Shown: positions 23,601-33,850 of the stretch, one piece after another
How the letters are laid out: each line of letters begins with the position of its first letter
How positions within the stretch are numbered: position 1 is the first letter of the stretch
Assembly (NCBI RefSeq): GCF_030867145.1
Contig: NC_134414.1
Location: forward strand, 22,870,810-22,934,809
DNA length: 64,000 bases
Direction: 5' to 3'
DNA from: Opisthocomus hoazin
Lineage: Eukaryota
The notes under the pieces: model-generated
The model's database searches: none
Told to the model about the DNA's origin: nothing
Seen by the model: the letters and a program-made list of their open reading frames with translations, nothing else
Made by a program: the position numbers and the translations under genes

Positions 23601-23612
23601 GGGGGGGGGGGT
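23586..23612. repeat. Compound homopolymer A13 then G13 (aaaaaaaaaaaaaggggggggggggg).
   Basis: Read directly from the sequence. Confidence 0.95.
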
Positions 23613-25149
23613 GGAATCCTGATTGTGCCTTTGCTGTTCTGGTTGCCACATGCAGTTTACATACCACTACGTGCCTGTCTTACTAGAAAAACTATCGTGG
23701 GTAAATTCTTAATGTATTTGAGTGCTCACCATCAAAATGGTGCAGGTGTACTAAGTAGAACTGTGACTTATTAAGATGAAGTTCAATTAACCAGTTTTTA
23801 ATTTTTGGTTCTTGAAAGTTTAAAACTTTTAATATTTAACGGATGCCAAAGGAGTAAGTAACAAAGCACACTATTTCAATTTTGTGGAATGTCACATTAA
23901 GCTGTATAGAACTAGCACAGCAAGGTGACATACAAATACTCAGTTCTGGTTTGATTTGGAATAGTTGCCTACCTTTTCGCAAGCAGTATTTGACGGGATG
24001 TGAACAAGTCTGGGTTTTGGCCAGACTTGGCAGCTCTGCCTCTCTGAGCCGTGTTGGACACCTCATTCTGCTGAGTGTGAACAGCACTGGCTGAGCACCA
24101 GGGGTGTCACTCCAGCGCTTGGGACAGGGTGCAGCTAGGTTTCTAGTCACTGTGCATAACCAGGGAAGGTGAATGAAAGAAGGGTTTGGTTCCTATGTGT
24201 CCCCTTCTGGGGGAGTGATGGTTTTCAGGAACCTGGCTGCCCCTCCCTCCCTTACTCCTGCACTGCATATGCAGCAGCGTGCTGCAGGCATGGTAAGCTC
24301 TCCACAGCACGTCAGGGGCAAGTGTTAGAGCTGTTCAAGCTGGGGAAGAATGTCCACATAATGTAGACGCTGTTTGGAAACTGTTGTGGAGTCTAACCTA
24401 AAAATAGCTAGTAGTGCTCCCAGAGTTCACGTAGCACGTAGTTTGTCAAAGGATGCCTTCTGGGGGTTGTTCTGTTTGGGGTTTGTTGCGGTTTTTTTCC
24501 TTGTGGCATTTGGGGGAGAGGGAGGAGTTCTGCAGGACATGGGAATAACAGTTGGGTCCATGATACTTTTATTAAGGGATGGAATTTGCAGCCATCTTTT
24601 AGTTGGCAATACAAATTCAGAATCCCTACTGAAGATGCATAAAAGGCATACGAAAAGATGTTCAAAGCTGGTTTTTGTCTGATTTTATTATACGGTTTTT
24701 ATCATATTGCTAAGAAAAAGATTTTGGTGGACAAAGGACGAAGAGAAAGCAGCTACAATAAAAAATGATCCTCAGTCACAGTGGAGAAATACCTTTGAAT
24801 ACTTGCTCAGTTTCTTCTTGCTGCTATCTGTCAGCAGGGTTAAGCAGCTGCAGTTACTACAAACTGCAATGGCAATAAATTGTTGTGAAGCCGTGGATTC
24901 ATCTTTCACTGCTCCATCATCAGCGCTGGTGTTCCTGGCTTCTTTCACAGGTACTGGAGGTTGCTAGGTGATGTAGCTGACTATCGCAGGTCTTCTGTGC
25001 TTTCTGCACCCATTTTTCAAAAATGAGATGTTTTTTGATCAGTCTGGATGGAAGAAAGCTGTTTTAATATATGGAAGACACAGGTAGTACTGAGTACAGC
25101 TGCCCTCTGAGCCAGCTAGGAGGGGTCAGCGTGCCCGAGGGCTGTCTGA

Positions 25150-25900
25150 AATCATAGAATCATTAAGGTTGGTAAAGACCTCTAAGATCATGAAGTCCAA
25201 CCATCCACCCAACACCACCCTGCCTGATAAACCTGCTCATCTTCTAAATGCCTCCAGGGATGGTGCCTCCACCACCTCCCTGCGCAGCCTGTTCCAATGC
25301 CTGACCACTTTCACTAAAGAAATTTTTCCTAATGGCCATTGCCTCTCATCCTATTGCTAGTTACTTGGGAGGATACCAACACCTGCCTCACTACAGCTTC
25401 CCTTCAGGTAGTTGTAGAGAGCAATAAGGTCCCCCCTCAGCCTCCTCTTCTCCAGACTAAACAGACCCAGTTCCTTCAGCCGCTCCTCATGAGACTTGTT
25501 CTCCAGACCCCTCACCAGCCTTGTTGCCCTTCTCTGGGCATGCTCCAGCACCTCAATGTCCTTCTTGTAGTGAGGGGCCCAAAACTGAACACAGTACTCC
25601 AGGTGCGGCCTCACCAGTGCCCAGTACAGGGGCACCATCACCTCCCTGCTCCTGCTGGCCACACTATTCCTGATACAAGCCAGGATGCCATTGGCCTTCT
25701 TGGCCACCTGGGCACAGTGCTGGCTCATGTTCAGCCAGCTGTCAACCAACAGCCCAAGGTCCTTTTCTGCTGGGCAGCTTTCCAGCCATTCCTCCCCAAG
25801 CCTGTAGCATTTCACTTGGCCTTATTGAACCTCATACAGTTGGCCTCGGCCCATCGATCGAGCCTGTCCAGATCCCTCTGCAGAGCCTTCCTGCCCTCTG
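25150..25900 (-). mobile_element. 5'-truncated CR1 on the minus strand. Its 3' end is at about 25150 (antisense tcatagaatcattaaggttggtaaagacctctaagatcatgaagtccaacc). ORF2 C-terminus: …[147 protein letters not shown].
   Basis: Minus-strand ORF 25357..25815 is a clean CR1 ORF2 C-terminal peptide. The plus-strand 240-aa ORF 25339..26061 is its antisense artefact. Confidence 0.9.
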
Positions 25901-27439
25901 GCAGATCAAATGCTCTGCCTCTCTGTACCTGCTGCAGTTCCCTTCTCCCGCTCCCCCCGCCTTCCCCCACGCTGGAGCACAGCCAGCGTAAAATCCCTTT
26001 CCTTCAGGCCAGCCTGTCAGAGCAGCACCAGTCCAGCAGCATGGGGGCTGAGACAGTGTAGCTACAGGAATGCATCATGCAGGGTCTCTGGCTTTGCTGG
26101 CATCTCCTGCTGTAGCATGGAGCTGTAATGGCATCTTTTACCTTTTAAGAGTGCAAGAGAATAATAGCTTTTTTTTAAGCTACTGGTGCAGCATGGGTAT
26201 GTGCTGCAAGCCCACCGCTGAATCCTGACACTTTAAAGTTCCTTGGCTTTTCTCTGTCCTACATACATGAGAGAAATATTTTTCAGATTCTGAACCTGTG
26301 TTACAATGTTTGAGTGAAGAGCAAAGAGAAGGGCTAGGGAAAAAATAGTAAAAGCAGAGAAAAGACAGCATGTAATACAAATTTGTCCTGCTAGCAGTAA
26401 GAACTTGGACTAGAAAAGGGTCTCAGAAAAATAAAATCTCAAACACTTCAAGTCTAGCAGCCAGGAGGAAGGAACCAGGCAGAAGCAGCTTCTTTTTGAT
26501 TTCTCCACAGCAGTCTCAGCTGTTACGCGAGATAGCTACAACTGAGTATTTTTCAGGAATTTCTGTAGTACTTCCTCACAGTTCAAATCATGTAGGAACA
26601 TTGGCACGGTCTCATTTATAGCAGATGGGCCAGACCTCGCTCCTCTCCTCTCCTGTGTGTGGCACTCATAAAAGGGTGGTGGGCAGAGCTCTGGCCTTTA
26701 AGACAACCACACCTGCACATGTGGGAGCTGAGGACACAGTCACCAGACCCTGCTCCACAACCAGATTCATCACAACCGCCTGGGCATGCTCCAGCAGCAC
26801 AAACGCTTTCAGCCAGAGCTGGACACCCTGTGGTGACATCTTCAGCCTGCATCACAAACCCTCACTTTCTGACAAGAAGCCGCATTCCCTGGAGCTGTCA
26901 CCTGCAGAGACTTCCAGTAGCCAGGTGGAGAGAATATGAATTTGGGGAAGAAAAGCCCTGTCACCCCTGCTACAGCAGTTGCACATCATGCACTGAACAG
27001 AGTCATCTCCCTGCCAAGCACAGTAACCACCAGAGCCCCAGCCTGCAGAGGCTGTGCTTACCTGTGGGTTTTTTGATTTTTTTTTTTTAAGACTTTAGCA
27101 AGCTGGGTGTGACATCCTGTCTGGAGAAGCTGGCATGGGAGATGCGCATTTGAAATCCCCCTTGCTTTCCTGGATCTGTCAGCTCTACTGTCTTGATACT
27201 CCTCAGTTCCCACTTCTGTATCCAGCAGGATGAGGGTGCCCAAACCGCAAGGGAACATCGCCCCACACACGCCCCAGACTGGCTCCCCCGCACTGACCCT
27301 TCCTGAGACAGGAGGGTTGCCAGGAGCTCCCAGTGGTTCCGCAGTGTGGGGAGACCAATTAAGTACAAGACGACAGTACTGACTTGGGCTTTTATTAGTG
27401 GTATGAAGCAACACTTCACAAGACTTCCTCACTGCTGTG

Positions 27440-27960
27440 CACCTCTAAGATGAGCCTGGCTTTATCTCCCCCGCCCCCTTGCATCACACAGCTGAAGTGA
27501 GAAGATTGCCTACCCGCTGACCTCCTGTTTTCCAGACTGAACAACGCCGCTGCCTGTCCCCATGGCTCCTGTGCTCTAGCCTCCTGATCATCTTGGTGGC
27601 CTCACTGGACTTGTTCCCATATGTACCTTGACCAGAACTGGTCGCAGCGCTCCAGCTGCAGTCTCAGAAGTGCCGAGCAGAGGAGAGATGGCTTTCCTCG
27701 CCCCTGGTTCAGCTGTGCTCTTCTAAGGCAGCCCGAGGTGAGGTTGGACTCCATCTGCGCCGGCCAGATCAGCGCCTGCAAAGCTGCTTCGCAACCCGCC
27801 CGTGCCCAGGCTGCACAACTGCATCAAGTTCTTCAGTGCCCACTGCAGGACTTCGCATTTGCCTTTTTCGGCTCCGTGAGGTTCCTGGCAGTCCCTCGAT
27901 CCATGTTTGCTGCCTTGTCGATCTCAGGAAATAAACATCCTGTTATTCGCTGATTAACTT
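27440..27960 (-). mobile_element. Old, diverged CR1-like fragment on the minus strand (antisense architecture …ttttccagactgaacaacgcc…ctccagc…gtggcctcactggac…).
   Basis: Its block structure parallels the antisense of the CR1 ORF2 3' region seen at 30560-30900. The identity is low. Confidence 0.45.
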
Positions 27961-28489
27961 GAAACAGTTTTACAATAGATACAGAAACCCTGAAACGAAA
28001 TAGTTCCACTGGTGATATATTAGTGTGGAATGTTAAAACCTCATTGTATCAAAATTCATGTTGCATTATTCATTTCAGTCATGGGTTTTGTTTTTCATCT
28101 TTTTATTCAGCTGCATGAAGACAGCAGGCATTCTTATCCTAACTTCCAACTCAAACTTACCTGCATGGACAGTGACATCGTACTGCAGCTTGACTCTCCC
28201 CCTTGACTAACACTTCCTACCCACCCTTGTCAGCTGTTGCTGGCTCATACGATATTCTCTAGGGTAACTAATACTTCTGTGCTCTTTTAAACTCTACTGC
28301 AACTTAAACACAATCCACACTTATTTTTTCTTTAAATATAAACCCCACCATTTTCCCATCTTTTCTCACATATTTTATTGCTTGAAAATATTTTCTTACT
28401 CATTTCATTTAACTCTAAAGCTGGTTTTCACAAGTCCAAAAGCAATCATGTAGCCAAGGAGCAGTCTTTCAGTGTAGCACGCACTCCTC

Positions 28490-29990
28490 AGTTACACATC
28501 AGAGCTGGACAACGTCAGCTTTACTACAGAGTGCTCGCCTTCGCTTCGCACTGGGTACCACCGCCTTCTCGCCAGAGGCTGAAGAGCATAACGTCACCAC
28601 CGCTGTAACTCCTCTCCTCGTACGGAAGAGGCCTCTGGAACCTCGCAAGCAGACGCCGTATGCAGGTGGTTCTGATGCCTCTTTTCCAGTCTGGGTTGCT
28701 GGTGGGGGACACCTGCTCCGTGCTGGTCCCCTTCCCATCCGTTCTAACAGCCGTATGCCCTCGGGCCTCGCAGGGCAGACCCGTCTACAAGCAGAACAAA
28801 CACAGCTTAAGTGAGGGTCATTGATTCATCCCTCTTCACAGATTTAGCTGCCATTTTATTGGATAACAGCATTATTCTTGTGCCCAAGAGCATCGAGAGC
28901 AATGAAGAAAAAAGGACAAAGGAAATGCCACATGACAAAAATCACAACCACTGTTAAGTGCTTTAATGAGTGACAACATGATTATATTCTCACCCCTGAT
29001 GGTCCTGGTAATTCCAACTTGAAGAGCAGCATTTTGCACGTGATCACGGTATGGCAGAAAGCCACCTTCAGTTCTGAGGGTGCGCAGCCACCAGCGGCTT
29101 CCATTAAAACCTAATGCACTGGAGAACCATAAATATGAGTCAGGCTGAGGAGCTGCAAGAGACGCTCACGCAGTAACTGCCTCAAAAATGTACTTTCCAA
29201 GTACAGCACACTGCAAGACTCGCGTAGCAAGCTACCGAGCAGTGCACTAGCAAATACAATTGGATAAAGAGCTGGGAGATGCTACCGCTGTTCCCAGACA
29301 GCCCTTCCTTCCAAGAGGTTCTCCGGAATTCCCTCACTGCTCAGGACCCCCGGCAGCAGGCAGCCTGGCAGGACATTTTGACCTGCCTACGAATTAAATC
29401 GGAGCCCGGCACATTTTGTAGTGCAACAGAACTGTATGCAAACTTATTTCAGCGCCGGAGAAGGGAACGCGGTGACACACCAAGGCCAGCTCTCATCTCT
29501 GCTCAGCAACGAGTTGGCGAAGATCAAACCGAGCAGCTGGTTTTTTATGCGACTGATTTGGCTCACTCTCCCAGAGTCTTTTGCAGCATTTTCACAGTTG
29601 CTGTTGCGCACACTGCCCCAAATACAATGCAATCCACTCATGTTTTTATCCAATCTTCCCTCAATTTTAAACGCAATTTAATTAGGCCATTAGGCTTTGT
29701 CAGTCAGGTTCACGGTGCAATCCAAAGCGCACACACACAAGTGAGTAACAAAGAAAGAGAAGGAAAGGATTTTATCACTCCACTGAGACAAGGAGTTATT
29801 ATTCAGCCAAAGAAACGCTTGTATCTCCGAGGAACCCTGGCCATCCGGCTCTTCCCTTCACAGGAAGGAAACTGGAAGTTGAGGACAGAAAAATCCTGAG
29901 GCGCCTGGGAAACCTGCCAGACGCCGAGGCTCCCGAATGGCTCACTCGAACAGGGGCAGTCTGGTACGTAAGGACAAGCACGGCGGCTGA
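28490..29990. other. GC/CpG-rich 1.5-kb block of unknown nature between CR1 fragments. It contains a 206-codon ORF (29279..29899, +).
   Basis: Many CpG dinucleotides are visible (…ctcgccttcgcttcgcactgg…gcgccggag…aacgcggtg…). The ORF track shows a long open frame. No recognisable domain. Confidence 0.3.
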
Positions 29991-30229
29991 AATCCCAGGA
30001 GCTACCTGGTCATGACAAAATGTCATCTGGATAGAAAAATCTCCTTTGAGTCAAACTTTGAAAAAATCAATCAAGTGTTTTTTCTGTTCCTACTTCTTTC
30101 CTGATAAAAGAGTTTTATCTGTATTGTCTTTTTTAGATTTTGTGAGTACGTGCTTGTAGCTTACTTATTTCCATAGCCTGGTGCATCTTACACATTACTG
30201 TGTGATTATATTATGATTTTATTGTGATT

Positions 30230-31620
30230 TTACTACAACTGGAAAATCATACAACGCTTTGCGTTGGAAAGGACATTAGCGGTCATCTAGCCCAACCCCC
30301 TGCAGTGAGCAGGGACACCTTCAACTCGATCAGATTGCTCAGAGCCCCGTCCAACCTGGCCTTGAATGTTTGCAGGGATGGGGCATCGACCACTTCTCTG
30401 GGCAACCTGTGCCAGTGCCTCACCACGCTCAGTGTAAAAGACTCCTTCCTTACAGCCAATCTAAACCTACCCTCCCTTAGTTTAAAGCCATTATTCCCTG
30501 CCCTACCGCAACAAGCCCTGCTGAAAATATTTTCCCCATCTTTCCTATAGGCCCCTTCAGGTACTGGAAGGCCGCAATAAGGTCTCCCCCCTCAGCCTTC
30601 TCTTCTCCAGGCTGAACAGCCCCAACTCTCTCAGCCTGTCCTTATAGCAGAGGTGCTCCAGCCCTCAGAGCATTTGCATGGCCCTCCTCTGGACCCACTC
30701 CAACAGGTCCATGTCCTTCTTGTGCTGGGGGCTCCAGAGACAGACGCAGGAATCCAGGTGAGGTCTCAACAGAGCGGAGCAGAGGGGCAGAATCCCCTCC
30801 CTCGACCTGCTGGCCACACTTCTCTTGATGCAGCCCAGGATACAGTTGGCCTTCTGGGCTGCCAGCGCACATTGGTGGCTCATGGCCACCTTTTCATCCA
30901 TTGGTACCCCCAAGTCCTTCTTGGCAGGGCTGCTCTCAATCTCTTCATCTTCCAGCCTCTATTGATACCGGGGGCTGCCCTGACCCAGATGCAGAACCTT
31001 GCACTTGGCCTTCTTGAACCTCATGAGGTTCACACAGGCCCACTTCTCCAGCTTGTCCAGGTCCCTCTGGATGGCATTCTGTCCTTCTGGTGTGTCAACT
31101 GCACCACTCAGCTTGGCGTCATCTGCAAACTTGCTGAGGGTACACTCTATCTCATTGTGTCATTGACGAAAATATTAAACAGCACCGGTCCCAGTAAGGA
31201 CCCTTGAGGGACACCAGTTGTCACCAGCATCTGTTTGGACATCAAACTGTTGACGACTACCCTCTGGCTGTGACCTTCCAACCAATTCTTTATCCAATGA
31301 ACAGTCCACCTATCAAATCCGTGCATCTCTAATTCAGAGAGAAGGATGTTGTGAGGGAATGTGTCAAAGTCCAGACAGATCACATCCATAGCTCTTCCTT
31401 TGTCCACTGATCTAGTCACGCCATCAGAGAAAGCCACCGGGTTGGTCAGGCAAGACTCGCCCTTGGTGAAGCCATGCTGGCTGTCTCGAATCACCTCCCT
31501 GTCCTCCATGTGCCTTAGCATACTTTCTAGGAGGATCTGTCCCATGGCCTTCCCAGGCACAGAGGTGAAGCTGACAGGTAACAACAGGGACCTCCTTAAC
31601 AAAGGGCAAGGAAAAACCAC
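30230..31620 (-). mobile_element. CR1 on the minus strand, about 1.4 kb, with the reverse-transcriptase domain (…[138 protein letters not shown]…). Its 3' end is at about 30230 (antisense motif).
   Basis: Minus-strand ORFs 31147..31620 and 30665..30913 carry CR1 RT motifs (VPGK, SQHGF, LDF..AFD, QGS.LGP.LFNIF). The antisense 3' end motif is present at 30240-30300. Confidence 0.9.
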
Positions 31621-31739
31621 ACGACAAGGTGCTTATCAGTTTTCCCACCTCCTCAGCTCCCCCCACTTCAATATTGAACAGGTAACAGGGTGCAGGCTGG
31701 GGAACACAAACTGAACACACATCACGTGCACTGGGCCCA

Positions 31740-33130
31740 ATGGGAGGCAGCCCCCACTGCGGAAGGAGCTGGCTGCTGGCACTGCGAGGCCGCTCACCAC
31801 TGCTGAAAGGGCATGGCAACTGGGAGAGGTGTGCAAGGACCAGGGCAAAGCAAAAGTCACTCCTACCTTCAAGGAAGGGCAGGAAGGAGGACGCAGGGAA
31901 CTACAGGCCCTGGAAAGGTGATGGACCAACTACTCCTGGAAACCGTTTCCAGACACAGAAGGACAAGAAGGTAACTGAGAGTAGTCAGCATGGATTACAA
32001 AGGGCTCATTTGCAAATCCGTACAGATCCTAACCTGACAGCCTGCTGTGATGAGGTGATCAGTTCAGTGGATATGGGGAGAGCAGCAGAAATTGTCAACC
32101 TTGACTTCCGGAAGGCTTTTGACACTGTCTACCCTAATATCTTCATTGACAAGCAGATAAAGTACAGGCTCAGGAAGTGGACAATGAGGCGGACTGAAAA
32201 GTGGCTGAACAGCTGGGCCCAGAAGGTTGTGATCAACAGCACAAAGTCCAGCTGGAGGCCAGAAAGTAGCAGCGTGCCCCAGAAATCAGTACTGGGGCCA
32301 ACACTGTTCAACATCTTCATTCATGCACTGGATGATGGGACAGAGAACACCCTCAGCAAGTCGGCCGGTGACACAAAGCTGCAAGGAGTGGCTGCTATGG
32401 CAGAGGGCTGTGCTGCCACCCAGAGGAACCTCGACAGGCTGGAGAAACAGCCAGCTGGCTGCAGAGCAGCTTTGCAAATAAGGTCCTGGTGAACACCAAG
32501 GCCAAGAAGCACAATGAGCAAAGAACGTGACCTGGCCACAAAGGCAGCCAACAGCATCCTGCACCGCGTTACAAAAAAAGTTGCCAGCAGATGGAGAGAG
32601 GTGATCCTTCCGCTCTGCTCAGCACTGGTGAGACATGTGGAGCGTTGTGTCCCGTGTTGGGCTGCCCTGTACAAGAGAGACATTGACATACTGGACTGAC
32701 TTCAGTGAATGGAAGATGACTGAGGGACTCGAACATCTTTCATGTTACAAAAGGCTGAAAGAGCTGGGACTGTTCAGCCTGGAGAAGGCGGGGCAAAATC
32801 TTATGAATATTTATAAGCATCTGATGAGAAGGTATAAAGATGACAGAGTCTTCTCAGTGGTGCCCAGTGACAGGACCAGAGGCAATGGGCACAAACTGAA
32901 ACACGGGAGGTTCCCTCTGAACATCAGGAAACACTTTTTCACTGTGGGGGTGACGAAGCACTGGTACAGGTTGCCCAGAAAGGTTCTGAGGCCTCCACTC
33001 CGTGGAGACCAAACCCAAACAGACAGGGTCCAGGTCAACCTGCTCTACCCGACATCCTGCTGTGAGCAGGAGCTTGGATTATATCATCTCCATAGTGCTC
33101 TTCCAGCCTCAGATATTCTGGGATTCTGTG
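31740..33130 (+). mobile_element. CR1 on the plus strand, about 1.4 kb, with an RT domain (…AGNYRP…[20 protein letters not shown]…[22 protein letters not shown]…[13 protein letters not shown]…) and the ORF2 C-terminus ([46 protein letters not shown]). The 3' end is degenerate at about 33060-33130.
   Basis: Plus-strand ORFs 31740..32492 and 32635..33243 carry CR1 RT and C-terminal motifs. Confidence 0.85.
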
Positions 33131-33754
33131 GAAAGCTTGCCCCAGTTTCAGCTGCAGAAGTGAGAACAGAGTTAGCACTGCAGGGCTCAGGGGAGGAGAC
33201 GTCATTTCCAGTAGCCAGGGTAACCACTGCACGCAGCACGTGACTGGGGAGACCGCAACACCAGGGAGGGGAGCAGGGCTCCAACTCTCCATCCGCAGCA
33301 CGCACAAAGAAAACTTTTTCTTTGGAAAATCCTTTACAAAGCAGTGCTACCTAAGTGAAACATGCAATGAGGCACAGCAGGTAGAGAGTAAAAGGTAGAA
33401 AAAAAGGAGACAGAGCTTCTGCGGACAGTATGATAGGATTCTGCCTGTCTTGGGTAGAAATTTTGAACTATTTCAGTCTTGGGAATCAAAGACCACACAG
33501 GCAAATTTTAGTATTAGTTGTAACTCACAGTACAGTTTAAGATGCATTACTGCAGGAAGGTTTCTTCTCTCATGTTGCCCTCCTCATGCTTGTTACAGAA
33601 CAACAAAGGACCCCATCGTTTTTACACTTCCCATGCAACCCTGAAGTTCTACCACTTACTTCCCACACTTAATTCATCAGCTGACTTGGAAATCAGTAAA
33701 AGGACCCCTCTAATGAGCAGTAAATCATACAGACTACAACTATAGAAGAATACT

Positions 33755-33850
33755 ACTATAGAATCACAGAACCGTTTGGGTTGAAAGAGACCTTTGAAGA
33801 TCATCTACAGTCCAAATCCCCTGCCACAGGGAGGGACATATTTTACAGGT
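33755..33850 (-). mobile_element. CR1 3'-tip fragment on the minus strand (antisense agaatcacagaaccgtttgggttgaaagagacctttgaagatcatctacagtccaaatcccc).
   Basis: Antisense form of the CR1 3' UTR motif. Confidence 0.7.

Noticed and set aside
25339-26061. 240-aa plus-strand ORF, the longest in the ORF track, and the 250-aa ORF at 31740..32492.
   Set aside because: 25339..26061 is the antisense reading of a minus-strand CR1 ORF2 remnant (P/L/Q-rich artefact). 31740..32492 is itself a CR1 reverse-transcriptase remnant. Both are transposon-derived, not host genes.
26616-27432. Cluster of overlapping 100-143-aa ORFs on both strands (26659..27090 +, 27058..27432 -, 27087..27419 -).
   Set aside because: GC-rich sequence adjoining diverged CR1-like DNA. 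ORFs on both strands overlapping is the signature of composition-driven chance ORFs. No motifs are recognised.
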